In this document: positions 50,162 through 59,418 of the stretch, one piece after another
How positions within the stretch are numbered: the first letter of the stretch is position 1
How the letters are laid out: the number at the start of each line of letters is the position of its first letter
Assembly (NCBI GenBank): GCA_041605955.1
Contig: JBFIXI010000006.1
Span: 26,853 to 90,852, forward strand
Origin: Acidimicrobiia bacterium
GTDB lineage: Bacteria > Actinomycetota > Acidimicrobiia > Spongiisociales > UBA5794
Direction of reading: 5' to 3'
DNA: 64,000 nt
Translations under genes and position numbers: made by a program
The notes under the pieces: model-generated
Seen by the model: the letters and a program-made list of their open reading frames with translations, nothing else
Database searches by the model: none
Told to the model about the DNA's origin: nothing

Positions 50162-50895
50162 GCCAACTTAGGGAGCGATGGGCGGCCGGCAGCTGGCTGG
50201 GTCGGCTGACGGCGCTGGCGATCGGCATCGCCCTGGTCTTGGCGTTCACCTCCCCGCGGGAGGTCAACCTCGGGCAGACCGCCCGCCTCTTCTATCTCCA
50301 CGTTCCCAGCATCGCGGTCGCTTATCTGGCATTCACGTTGACCCTCGTGGCGAGCGGCGCCTATCTAGTCACCAAGCGCATCAGGTGGGACCACTTGGCG
50401 GTGGCCGCGGCCGAGGTGGGGGCCGTCTTTACGGGGTTGACGATATTGGTCGGCATGATCTGGGCGAAGCCGACTTGGGGCGTCTTCTGGACATGGAGCG
50501 CTCGGCTGACCCTCACTGCCATCATGTTCTTCGTCTACCTGGGCTACCTGGCGTTGCGGAGGGCAATCATCGACCCCGAGGTGCGGGCACGACGGGCCGC
50601 CATCCTGGGAATCCTGTCGATCGTGCAGATCCCAATCGTGCACTTCTCGGTGATCTGGTGGCGTGATATTCATCAGCTGGGAACGATTGCGTCAGCGACC
50701 GGTATCCAGATGGACACCCCGCTGCTCGTCGCGTTCTACGCCGCGCTGGTCGCCTTCGTGCTGCTCGGTACCCATTTGGTGCTGCGGCGCCGCCGCCTGG
50801 CAGAACTCGAGTATCGACTCGAGACCAGCGATCCCGCAGTTGGGGTCGTTGCCGGCGATGCCGTCACCGCTCCTTTGCTCACGGGAGAAGCGTGA
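50158..50895 (+). CDS. ccmC: heme exporter protein CcmC
   Basis: WWD-domain-like region (WAKPTWGVFWTWSARL). ATGA overlap with ccmB. Confidence 0.85.
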   Translation: MSQLRERWAAGSWLGRLTALAIGIALVLAFTSPREVNLGQTARLFYLHVPSIAVAYLAFTLTLVASGAYLVTKRIRWDHLAVAAAEVGAVFTGLTILVGMIWAKPTWGVFWTWSARLTLTAIMFFVYLGYLALRRAIIDPEVRARRAAILGILSIVQIPIVHFSVIWWRDIHQLGTIASATGIQMDTPLLVAFYAALVAFVLLGTHLVLRRRRLAELEYRLETSDPAVGVVAGDAVTAPLLTGEA

Positions 50896-51023
50896 TGGGT
50901 GAGTGGGGTTGGGTCTTCGTTGGCTACGCCGCAATGATCGGTGCTTTGGCCGGCTATACGTGGTGGTTGCGCATTCGCCTCCGGCGGACGTCGCGCCGCA
51001 TCGAATCCAGCCGCATGCCATGA
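50895..51023 (+). CDS. ccmD: heme exporter protein CcmD
   Basis: 42-aa single-TM peptide with a basic C-terminus, sitting between ccmC and ccmE. Confidence 0.6.
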   Translation: MGEWGWVFVGYAAMIGALAGYTWWLRIRLRRTSRRIESSRMP

Positions 51024-51421
51024 CGCGTTACTGGCGTTTTCTGCTTCCTGCGGGGGCGGTGGTGGCGGTCCTGGTGTTGCTCCTGGTGACGCTCTCCGAC
51101 AACCTCGTCTATTTCAAAACGCCGACGGAGATCACGACCGAGGGTGTGGACCCGCAAGCGCGGCTTCGCCTCGGCGGCCAGGTTGAGGCCGGCACGGTGA
51201 GCGACACGACCGACGGGATCGCCTTTGCGGTCACCGATGGCCGGATGGCAGTGAACGTGATTCACCAGGGGGCGCCCCAGGAGCTGTTCCGGGAAGGCAT
51301 CGGAGTGGTGCTCGAGGGCAGCTGGGACGGCTCCGTGTTCCACTCCGACACGATGCTGATCAGGCACGACGAGCAATACCGCACCGAGGAGGGCGAGTAC
51401 AACCCTCCAGCCGAGGACTGA
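51020..51421 (+). CDS. ccmE: cytochrome c-type biogenesis heme chaperone CcmE
   Basis: TM anchor plus OB-fold. Heme-binding His in the motif LIRHDEQY. Confidence 0.8.
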   Translation: MTRYWRFLLPAGAVVAVLVLLLVTLSDNLVYFKTPTEITTEGVDPQARLRLGGQVEAGTVSDTTDGIAFAVTDGRMAVNVIHQGAPQELFREGIGVVLEGSWDGSVFHSDTMLIRHDEQYRTEEGEYNPPAED

Positions 51422-51424
51422 TCG

Positions 51425-53479
51425 GTGATCGCCGTCGCCGGCCTGTTGGCGATCCTGACCGCGCTCGGGGCCGCGGCCGTGCTTGCCAGCAGGGGTCTCG
51501 GCGCGGCGCACCGCGGCCACGTTGAGCCAGCCAGGCTGCTGACTCCGGCTGCGGTCATGGCGATTGCCGCCGTCTCTGCCTTTGCGATCCTCGAGCTGGG
51601 GATCCTGGCGCATGACTATTCGATCAAGTACGTCGCCAACACGACGTCGGACGCCACTCCACTGATCTTCCTGCTCGCCAGCGGATGGGCAGCGCTCGAA
51701 GGATCGATCGTGCTGTGGGGAATGTTGTTGGCGGCGTTCACCTGGCTGGTGGTGCGCCGCGTCGCCCCGGGCGATCGGATGGCGGCGGGCGCCGCCGGCA
51801 TCATTGCCCTGGTGGGTGTCTTTTGGTTCGGGTTGATGGCCTCCTTCGCCAACCCGTTCGAGGTGTGCACCGTCGCCGCGGAGGTCGGTTGCCAGGCCGC
51901 TTCCTGGTTCCCGCTGTCGGCTGCAGTAGCGCCGCTCGACGGCCTCGGGCCGAATCCGCTACTGCAGAACCACATCTTGATGGCCGTGCACCCGCCCCTG
52001 CTCTACATTGGGTACGTCGGTTTCACCGTTCCGTTTGCCTACGCGATGGCAGCTCTGTGGCAGCGGGAGACGGGGACCCGGTGGTTGGACATCACCCACC
52101 GCTGGTCGCTGATCGCATGGACGTTCCTCACGGCCGGCATTCTCCTCGGGGCGTGGTGGTCCTACGAAGTCCTCGGGTGGGGCGGCTACTGGGCATGGGA
52201 TCCGGTGGAGAACGCGGCCTTCCTACCGTGGCTGGTGGCGACCGCCTTCGTTCACTCCGCCGTCGTGCAGCGCAAACGCGGGATGTTGCAGGCATGGAAC
52301 ATCGTGCTGGTCATTGCCACCTTCGCGCTGACGATCCTGGGGACCTTCCTGACCCGCTCAGGGGTCATATTCTCCGTGCACTCCTTCACCCAGTCGGCGG
52401 TGGGTCCCATCCTGCTGGTCTTCCTGGGCCTGGTGGTCGTCGCCGGCTTCGGGTTGTTCGCGGTGCGCGCCGACGTCGTCGGCTCGGCGCCCCGCCTCGA
52501 CTCGTTGTTCAGTCGGGAGGGGACGTTCCTCGCCAACAACCTGCTGCTGACCCTCTTTGCCTTCACCGTGCTGCTGGGCACCATGTTGCCTCTGCTCATC
52601 GAAGCCTTCACCGGGAACCAGGTCACGGTGGGCCGGCCCTTCTTCGACCGGGCCGCCATCCCACTGTCATTTGCGCTGCTGCTCATGATGGGAATCGGGC
52701 CGGTGACCCCGTACCGGGTGGCCCGCGGCGACGTCGTGTGGGAACGGATCCGCCCGGGGATCGTCGGAGGCTTGGCCTTGGCGGCGGCTGCGGTCTTCGG
52801 CGGCGTCAGATCGGTTCCGGTGGTTGTCGCAGTTGCCCTGGCCGGCTTCGTCGCGGTCACCATCGGGCGTCACTTCTTCGAGAGAGTGAGGACGGTCAGT
52901 AGCCGCGGCATCTCGTGGGCGGGCGCGGCCGCCAAGGTGCTGGGCAACGAGCCCGGGTATTGGGGTGGCCAGATGTCGCACATCGGCGTGGCCCTAGTCG
53001 CCGTGGCCATTGCGGCCTCCTCGGGACTGGCCGTGCGCCAAACGGTGGAGCTCTCGATTCGGGAAACCGCGGTGGTGGACGACTACTGCGTCGGTTACCT
53101 CGGCCCGTTTGCGCGCAGCGAGCCCAACCGCATAGTCGAGGGCGCCGAGGTGGCGCTGCTGCGCGCCGACTGCAGTACCCCTATCCGGCTCATGCAGCCG
53201 CGGGTGCATCGCTATCCCAACGCGACGCAGGCAGTAGCCACCCCCGACGTCAGGACGGGTCTGGTGGAGGATGTCTATCTGTCGCTGTCGGGTATCACCG
53301 CCGAGGGAACCCTGGTACTGGAAGTCTTCGTCTTTCCATTGATGTGGATGCTGTGGTTTGGTGGTCTGTTGACCGCATTTGGCGGCTGGTACGCGTTGCG
53401 GGCCCGGCGCCGCGATCGGCCCGAAGCAGGGCCGCCTGATGCGGAGCCGGCACTGACGGCGAAGGTGCCTGCGGCGTGA
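51425..53479 (+). CDS. ccmF: cytochrome c-type biogenesis protein CcmF
   Basis: Large polytopic protein of 684 aa with the WWD region WGGYWAWDPVENAAFLPW. Confidence 0.9.
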   Translation: MIAVAGLLAILTALGAAAVLASRGLGAAHRGHVEPARLLTPAAVMAIAAVSAFAILELGILAHDYSIKYVANTTSDATPLIFLLASGWAALEGSIVLWGMLLAAFTWLVVRRVAPGDRMAAGAAGIIALVGVFWFGLMASFANPFEVCTVAAEVGCQAASWFPLSAAVAPLDGLGPNPLLQNHILMAVHPPLLYIGYVGFTVPFAYAMAALWQRETGTRWLDITHRWSLIAWTFLTAGILLGAWWSYEVLGWGGYWAWDPVENAAFLPWLVATAFVHSAVVQRKRGMLQAWNIVLVIATFALTILGTFLTRSGVIFSVHSFTQSAVGPILLVFLGLVVVAGFGLFAVRADVVGSAPRLDSLFSREGTFLANNLLLTLFAFTVLLGTMLPLLIEAFTGNQVTVGRPFFDRAAIPLSFALLLMMGIGPVTPYRVARGDVVWERIRPGIVGGLALAAAAVFGGVRSVPVVVAVALAGFVAVTIGRHFFERVRTVSSRGISWAGAAAKVLGNEPGYWGGQMSHIGVALVAVAIAASSGLAVRQTVELSIRETAVVDDYCVGYLGPFARSEPNRIVEGAEVALLRADCSTPIRLMQPRVHRYPNATQAVATPDVRTGLVEDVYLSLSGITAEGTLVLEVFVFPLMWMLWFGGLLTAFGGWYALRARRRDRPEAGPPDAEPALTAKVPAA

Positions 53480-54633
53480 GCCATCGGCTGCGCAAGTCGC
53501 TGTACGGCGGGCTGATCATCGGCCTGCTGGCCTTCATCGTGATTGGGCTGGCGCCCGGAGAGTCGGCCCCGGAAACCGACGCGGAGCGAGCTCATCGCAT
53601 CGCCAGCCAGCTGCGCTGCCCGTTCTGCAACGGCGAGTCCATCGCAGATGCCCAGTCGTCGATCGGCGCCGACCTGCGCGACCTCATCGACGAGCAGATC
53701 GCATCAGGCATGTCCGACGAGGAAATCTTCGACTTCTACGTGAGCGTCTACACGGATCGGGTGCTGCTGTTGCCCCCGTTGTTCGGCTGGGGAGCGCTGC
53801 TGTGGGTCCTACCCCTGGTCGTGTTGGGCGGCGGTGCGGTGGCGGTAGCGCGCCGTCGCCGGCCGCAGGTGGCCCCGTCAGAGCTGCCTTCTGCGGCCGC
53901 CTTGGCCGAAGCTCGCCGCACCGTGGCCGAAGACCTGCACGCAGTCGAAGTCCAGGCCGCTGCCGGAGAGCTGGCGGCCGCAGAGGCCGAGCGGCTGCGC
54001 GGCGTCTATGAAGCCGAGGCCGCCGCGCTGGATGCCGCCACAGTGACTGACCCACCGCCTCGGGAGCGGAGCCGCCGGCGCGTCGCAGCGGGTGCCGCCA
54101 TCCTCGTGCTGGGTGGGGCGGCACTGACGGTGGCGGTCGTGTTGACGGTGCGCGACCGGGCACCTGGAGACCTGGTGACCGGGGGGATCGCAGCCGAAGG
54201 GGCCGGACGTGACCTGTCCACGGTGACCAATGAGGAGATGGAACAGGTGGTCGCCGCCAACCCCGAAGTGATCCCGATGCGCCTGGCCCTCGCCGGCCGC
54301 TATTTCGAGGCGGGGGACTTCTCTGCAGCTCTGGGCCACTACATGGAGGTGTTGCAGCGCGAGCAGCATCCCGAGGCGCTCGCCAACATCGGCTGGATGA
54401 CCTATCTATCCGGTGAGGTCGAAACCGGCCTCGCGTTCGTCGAGCGATCCCTCCAAGTGACCGACGAACTGCCGCAGTCCTACTGGTACCTGGCCAACAT
54501 TCGCTACTGGGGTCTCGAAGACCCCGGCGGGGCCGTGGCACCACTCGAGACCCTGCTCGGCTTCGAGGCCATCCCGGAGGAGATCCGTTCCGCCGCTACC
54601 GAGCTTCTAGCCGAAGTGCAGGCTGCGCCGTGA
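53476..54633 (+). CDS. ccmH: CcmH (LRCxxC thiol-redox motif) fused to a TPR-containing CcmI-like domain
   Basis: LRCPFC motif at the N-terminus. TM segment plus C-terminal TPR repeats. Confidence 0.75.
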   Translation: MSHRLRKSLYGGLIIGLLAFIVIGLAPGESAPETDAERAHRIASQLRCPFCNGESIADAQSSIGADLRDLIDEQIASGMSDEEIFDFYVSVYTDRVLLLPPLFGWGALLWVLPLVVLGGGAVAVARRRRPQVAPSELPSAAALAEARRTVAEDLHAVEVQAAAGELAAAEAERLRGVYEAEAAALDAATVTDPPPRERSRRRVAAGAAILVLGGAALTVAVVLTVRDRAPGDLVTGGIAAEGAGRDLSTVTNEEMEQVVAANPEVIPMRLALAGRYFEAGDFSAALGHYMEVLQREQHPEALANIGWMTYLSGEVETGLAFVERSLQVTDELPQSYWYLANIRYWGLEDPGGAVAPLETLLGFEAIPEEIRSAATELLAEVQAAP

Positions 54634-55235
54634 AGGCGACATTGGCTCCTCGGCCTCATATCGGCACCTGGATCGCCGTGGGGGTGGGCGTGTTCGTGAT
54701 CGTGTTTGGGGCTGTCTTCGCCAACCGATTCGGACGCGACCCGGATCTGGTGGCGTCGCCGCTGATCGGACAGGCCCCGCCGGATGTCCGTCTGCCCTAT
54801 CTGGAGACCGAGGGAGACTTCGGCTTCGCCGACCTCAACGGCGACATCGTCGTCGTCAACTTCTGGGCATCGTGGTGTACCGGGTGTCGTGTCGAGCACG
54901 ATGCCCTGCTGGTGGCGGCGGACGCCTACCGGGACGCCGGGGTGTCTTTCGTCGGGATCTTGCATCAGGACCGCCCGACCACCGGCGTCCGGTTTCTCGA
55001 TGAGCTCGGTCGCGGAGAGCCCTATCGATATGTGGTCGACGAAGGATCCCGCGCCGGAATCGGGTTTGGCGTGCTGGGGCTGCCCACGACCTTCTTTCTG
55101 GACCGCACCGGGACAATCGTCGGGCAGGTCAACGGCCCGGCGACCATCGATGTATTGACCCGCACGCTCGACGCCATCCTGCTCGGCGGCACGGTCGATC
55201 CGATCACCCAAACAGGCGAGCTCGAGAATCGCTAG
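54630..55235 (+). CDS. ccmG: thiol:disulfide interchange protein CcmG/DsbE (TlpA-like thioredoxin)
   Basis: Signal anchor and a WCTGC active site. Last gene of the ccm operon. Confidence 0.8.
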   Translation: MKATLAPRPHIGTWIAVGVGVFVIVFGAVFANRFGRDPDLVASPLIGQAPPDVRLPYLETEGDFGFADLNGDIVVVNFWASWCTGCRVEHDALLVAADAYRDAGVSFVGILHQDRPTTGVRFLDELGRGEPYRYVVDEGSRAGIGFGVLGLPTTFFLDRTGTIVGQVNGPATIDVLTRTLDAILLGGTVDPITQTGELENR

Positions 55236-55367
55236 CGGGGGCACCCGTTTCACCTAGGGCCGGTTGTCGCGGGGGCGGGCCCGAACAGATTCCGGGCGCG
55301 CCCAACCGGCCCGCCTCATCATCCTTGTAGTGTTGCCCGCTGAGCCAGCGGGAGTTCTCTGCACACC

Positions 55368-57878
55368 ATGTCAACCGAAGCCGATCATCGGCTGCCGCGC
55401 ACCGTTGTTCCCAGCCACTACGACATCCAGATCGAGCCGGACTTCGATACGTTCGCGTTCCAGGGGCGGGTGATCGTCTCCGCGGAGGCGATGGAGGCAG
55501 TCGGCGAGATCGTGCTCAACTCGATCGAGATCGACCTAGACCGAGTCGAGGTCGAAGCGGGTGACGGCGCCGTCCAGGAGGTGGCGCTGAGCTACGACCC
55601 GGGCCGGGAACGCGTCACGCTGGTGCTCGACACGCCGCTCGATCCGGGGCCGGTCGAGATCCGCATCGACTACACGGGGGCGATCAACGACAACCTGCAG
55701 GGCTTCTATCGCTCTCGTTACACCACCGCCTCCGGGGAGGAGAAGGTGATCGCCACCACTCAATTCGAGGCCACCGATGCGAGGCGGGCCTTTCCGTGTT
55801 GGGACGAGCCTGACCTGAAGGCGACCTTCGCGGTGACGCTGGTCGTGCCCGACCACATGATGGCCGTCTCCAATTCGATGGTCGTGAGCGACGAGCCGGC
55901 CGGTCCAGGCCGCCGCCGAGTGCGCTTCGCCCCAACGATGAAGATGTCGACGTACTTGGTGGCCTTCATAGTGGGCGAGCTCGAAGCCACCGAGCCGGTG
56001 GACGTGGACGGCACGCCGCTGCGGATCATTCATACCCCGGGCAAGGGCCACCTCGCTCGCTTCGCCCTGGACGCAGGCGCCTTCGCCCTGCGCTACTTCG
56101 CCGATTACTACGCCATCCCGTACCCCGGCGACAAGCTCGACATGATTGCCGTGCCCGACTTCGCGTGGGGGGCGATGGAGAATCTCGGGGCGGTGACCTA
56201 CCGGGAGTCGGCGCTGCTGGTCGATCCGGGAAAGGCCACGCAGGGAGAGCTTGCCCGGGTGGCCGACGTGATCGCTCATGAGCTGGCTCACATGTGGTTC
56301 GGAGACCTGGTGACGATGAAGTGGTGGAACGGCATCTGGCTGAACGAGGCGTTCGCCACCTTCATGGAGCTCAAATGCATCGATGCCTACCGGCCGGACT
56401 GGAAGCGCTGGCTGGCCTTCGCGGCAGCCCGGAACGCCGCGATGGGCACCGACAGCTTGGCCTCCACGCGGCCCATCGAATACCCGGTGGGCTCCCCGGA
56501 AGAGGCCAACGAGATGTTCGACATCCTCACCTACTCGAAAGGCTCTTCGGTCCTGCGCATGCTGGAGGTCTATCTCGGCGAGGAGACCTTCCGCGACGGA
56601 ATCCGTCAATACCTCGCAGCCCACTCCTACGCCAACACCGAGACGGCGGATCTGTGGGCCGCCCTCGAAGAGGTCTCCGGGGAACCGGTCGGGGATGTGA
56701 TGGAGCGCTGGATCTTCCAAGGGGGCTATCCCCGGCTGAAGGTGACCCCCGGAGCCGACGGTTATTCGGTGCGCCAGGAGCACTTCAGGTTCCTGGGTGA
56801 GGGCCACGACCAGTGGGAGGTGCCGGCGCTATATGCCGCCAGCTCGGGTGACGGCCGGATGCTCATCGGTGCCGAGGCCACGGTGAAGGCTCACGACGAC
56901 TTTCGTCTCAATCGCCGTGGTCAAGGCTTCTACCGGGTTCAGTACGAGGGCGAGTTGCGCAACCGGATCGCCGCCCAGGCTCCTTCCTTGCCGGCGGAAG
57001 AGCGCTACACGGTGGTGAGTGACCTATGGGCGAACGTGCTGGCCGGCGACGTGGAGGCCGGCGAGTTCATCGACCTCGCCAAGGCGTTCCGAGACGAGCC
57101 GGAACCCGAGGTGTGGGGAGCGATCGTCGGCGGCCTCGGCGAGTTGAACCGCATTGTTTCTTCCGACGACCGGCCGGCATTGCAAGCCTTCGTCCGTGAC
57201 CTGGTTGCACCGGCGGCCGACCGGATGGGGTGGACGCCGCAGGATGGAGAAACCGATCTCGACCGTCGGCTCCGCGGCCTGCTGCTACGCACCCGTGGCG
57301 TTTTGGGGCACGACAAGGACATAGTTCCCGAGGCGCGGGCGATTCTCGAGGCCGTGCTCGCCGGAGACGCCGTCGACGGGGAAGTGGCGGCGGCGGCAAC
57401 TGCCATTGTGGCCGCCCACGGTGGCCAGGATGAGTTCGAGTCGTTTGTTGCTGCGTACCGCCAGGCGGCATCGCCGCAGGACGAGGTCCGCTATCTGCAA
57501 GCGGCGATCGCCGTACCGGAGCAAGCCACCGCAGAACGGGTTCTCGACATGCTCCTCGGCGGCGACATTCGCCGGCAGGATGGGGCCTGGGTCACCGCGC
57601 GGCTCATCGGCCACCGAATCACCGGTGCCGAGAGCTGGCGGCGGATCAAGGCGCGCTGGCAGGAGGTGCTCGACGCCGTGCCGCCTCAAAGCCAACGCCG
57701 GATCCTCGATTGGTTGCCGGCTCGATCCGAGCCGGATGTGGCCGCCGACATCGAGAGCTGGCTGCGGGACCACCCTCTGTCCGGAGGCTCCAAGTACATC
57801 GAGCAGCAACTCGAGCTGCTGCGAGTGAGGGTCGGCCTGCGCCAACGCGAAGAGGGGCGTCTCGGGGAATCTCTGTGA
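55368..57878 (+). CDS. pepN: aminopeptidase N (M1 family)
   Basis: GAMEN exopeptidase motif and HELAHMWFGD...E zinc-binding motif. Confidence 0.9.
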   Translation: MSTEADHRLPRTVVPSHYDIQIEPDFDTFAFQGRVIVSAEAMEAVGEIVLNSIEIDLDRVEVEAGDGAVQEVALSYDPGRERVTLVLDTPLDPGPVEIRIDYTGAINDNLQGFYRSRYTTASGEEKVIATTQFEATDARRAFPCWDEPDLKATFAVTLVVPDHMMAVSNSMVVSDEPAGPGRRRVRFAPTMKMSTYLVAFIVGELEATEPVDVDGTPLRIIHTPGKGHLARFALDAGAFALRYFADYYAIPYPGDKLDMIAVPDFAWGAMENLGAVTYRESALLVDPGKATQGELARVADVIAHELAHMWFGDLVTMKWWNGIWLNEAFATFMELKCIDAYRPDWKRWLAFAAARNAAMGTDSLASTRPIEYPVGSPEEANEMFDILTYSKGSSVLRMLEVYLGEETFRDGIRQYLAAHSYANTETADLWAALEEVSGEPVGDVMERWIFQGGYPRLKVTPGADGYSVRQEHFRFLGEGHDQWEVPALYAASSGDGRMLIGAEATVKAHDDFRLNRRGQGFYRVQYEGELRNRIAAQAPSLPAEERYTVVSDLWANVLAGDVEAGEFIDLAKAFRDEPEPEVWGAIVGGLGELNRIVSSDDRPALQAFVRDLVAPAADRMGWTPQDGETDLDRRLRGLLLRTRGVLGHDKDIVPEARAILEAVLAGDAVDGEVAAAATAIVAAHGGQDEFESFVAAYRQAASPQDEVRYLQAAIAVPEQATAERVLDMLLGGDIRRQDGAWVTARLIGHRITGAESWRRIKARWQEVLDAVPPQSQRRILDWLPARSEPDVAADIESWLRDHPLSGGSKYIEQQLELLRVRVGLRQREEGRLGESL

Positions 57879-57941
57879 TTATCCCGACGCGGTGAGTTTT
57901 CGTTCCTTACAATCAACGCACATTCGATTCAAGGAGAGCAC

Positions 57942-58187
57942 ATGGGACTGATGGACACCATCAAAGGCTGGTTCAGCAAGGGCAAGGAAATGGCTGGCGA
58001 TGTGGCCGATAAAGCCGGTGACGTGGCCGAAGGCGCCTGGGACAAGGGCAAGGACATGGCCGGCGGTATGGCCGAAAAGGCCGGTGACGCTGCCGAAGGC
58101 GCTTGGGACAAGGCCAAGGACATGGCGGGCGACATCAAGGACAAGTTCGATGGGGATGACGAAGCGGAGACCCCGGCTGCTGAGTAG
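57942..58187 (+). CDS. small hydrophilic repeat protein (MT0933-antitoxin-like / CsbD-like)
   Basis: AAGGAGAG RBS. Three ~20-aa repeats (AGDVADKAGDVAEGAWDKGKDM). Confidence 0.6.
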   Translation: MGLMDTIKGWFSKGKEMAGDVADKAGDVAEGAWDKGKDMAGGMAEKAGDAAEGAWDKAKDMAGDIKDKFDGDDEAETPAAE

Positions 58188-58209
58188 CCGGCTCCTCGCC
58201 ATCAACACA

Positions 58210-58239
58210 GGGAAACGCCGCCGGTAGGCGGCGTTTCCC
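58210..58239. terminator. perfect 13-bp stem / 4-nt loop hairpin, bidirectional terminator between convergent genes
   Basis: GGGAAACGCCGCC-GGTA-GGCGGCGTTTCCC. Confidence 0.7.
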
Positions 58240-58259
58240 AATGCCCGGCTGGATGAAAC

Positions 58260-58976
58260 CTAGGGACAGGAGGCGCACTCCAGCGCAGGCTCCGCCCGGA
58301 CTGCCGAGATTAGGCCGGCGGGGCCGCCGATCATCGTTGTATTGAGGTCCCAGTCGGTGTAAACGAGCCACGAGCGGTCGGTCGGCCACCAGTTCTGCGG
58401 GGTGCCGGCCACGGCACCAGAGTGGCTGAGACCGATCACCTCGGCGAGCTCTCCCTTCATCACCAACGGCTCAAGAGCTTCGGTGGCCAGCATGCAGAAG
58501 TAGAAGTAGCAGGCGCCCGGGGCCGTCCATTTGGCCAGGATCGGGACCAGGGCCGTCAACGAGGATGCGTCCAGAGAGCCCTCAGGGGGCGGCTGGATCG
58601 CAGCAGGAAAGCTGGCCCCGACGCCGGTTCGCAGCGATCCGGACAGGTCAACCTGAGTCTCATCGAGGACGACCGCATAGCGGGCGAGCAGCTCGCGCCA
58701 CCGCAACCTCGCCGAGTTGGCCGGCTGCTGGACGATCCCGAGAGGGATTCCGGGGGCGACTGCCCCTCGCAGGATGGAGTCGACTGGGCCGTCGGATGGA
58801 GCGGCGGTCCGCTTGGCGAGGTCGTCCCACGTCATCTCCGGCATCCCGGGGGTTTCGTACATGGCGTGCAGTATTCGCACGCATTCGGCGAATTCTCGAG
58901 GGGGAACCCCGGCGAAGACTTCCTCGAGCGATAGGCCTGTCCACTGCAGCGCCGCGGCGGCGTCCACCCGCTCCAT
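58260..58976 (-). CDS. hypothetical protein
   Basis: 238-aa ORF with good coding statistics and no recognisable motif. Confidence 0.45.
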   Translation of the reverse strand: MERVDAAAALQWTGLSLEEVFAGVPPREFAECVRILHAMYETPGMPEMTWDDLAKRTAAPSDGPVDSILRGAVAPGIPLGIVQQPANSARLRWRELLARYAVVLDETQVDLSGSLRTGVGASFPAAIQPPPEGSLDASSLTALVPILAKWTAPGACYFYFCMLATEALEPLVMKGELAEVIGLSHSGAVAGTPQNWWPTDRSWLVYTDWDLNTTMIGGPAGLISAVRAEPALECASCP

Positions 58977-59032
58977 TCCCTCAGTTTGGCATTCTCTCCC
59001 TTCGAGCCGGCGGCAGGGATCCTCCCCCCTTC

Positions 59033-59099
59033 GAGCCGGAGGCTCGATTGTGTGGACCTGTAAACCATGTCACAGGTCCACACAAGCCGGAGGCTCGAT
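59033..59099. repeat. 34-bp palindromic element (GTGTGGACCTGT-N10-ACAGGTCCACAC) flanked by 16-bp direct repeats AGCCGGAGGCTCGATT
   Basis: Read directly from the sequence. An adjacent 12-bp direct repeat CCTTCGAGCCGG lies at 58998 and 59027, and a G-rich tract at 59100-59145. Confidence 0.6.
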
Positions 59100-59257
59100 T
59101 TGGGGGGAGTACCCGGCGGGGAGGGGGCGAGGGGGGGTTTGGGTGAGGCCCTGCGCCGGTAGGTGGTTGTGGTACTGCCGATGGCCAGACGTCCCGAGTA
59201 GAAGCTGAGTCGCGGGTCAGACCTGTATCCGCGGGGCGAGTTCCCCCGTGTCGGTGT

Positions 59258-59386
59258 TGTTCTCGCGTCTTGGCTGCGCCCTCCGCCTTGCTGGATTCGG
59301 CACCTCCCTCAACGCTCGCCCCCCCCTCGTTCGTAGCAGGGCTCGCTGCGGGAGGAGTGTTCTCGCGCCTTGGCTGTCCCCTCCGC
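59258..59386. repeat. two 29-bp imperfect direct repeats (TGTTCTCGCGYCTTGGCTG..CCCTCCGC) 100 bp apart, upstream of the DUF1801 gene
   Basis: 26 of 29 positions identical. The repeats lie in a non-coding leader. The track ORF that covers them has no protein-like composition there. Confidence 0.55.
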
Positions 59387-59418
59387 GTCGCCTGTGGCCC
59401 GGGGTACCCTCCGGCACG

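Noticed and set aside
55336-55352. Hairpin CCCGCTG-AGC-CAGCGGG just upstream of the pepN start, considered as a ccm-operon terminator
   Set aside because: The stem is only 7 bp and the loop 3 nt, with no U-tract. The pattern is too weak to call and may instead be part of the pepN leader.
59033-59386. CRISPR array or autonomous mobile element
   Set aside because: There are only two copies each of the direct repeats, with no regular spacer structure. No cas, transposase or integrase ORF is anywhere in the window, and the element has no coding capacity.
59248-59418. N-terminal 57-codon extension of the DUF1801 ORF given in the ORF track
   Set aside because: The extension is encoded by the two 29-bp direct repeats and has non-protein-like composition. 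An internal ATG at 59419 gives a protein of family-typical length.
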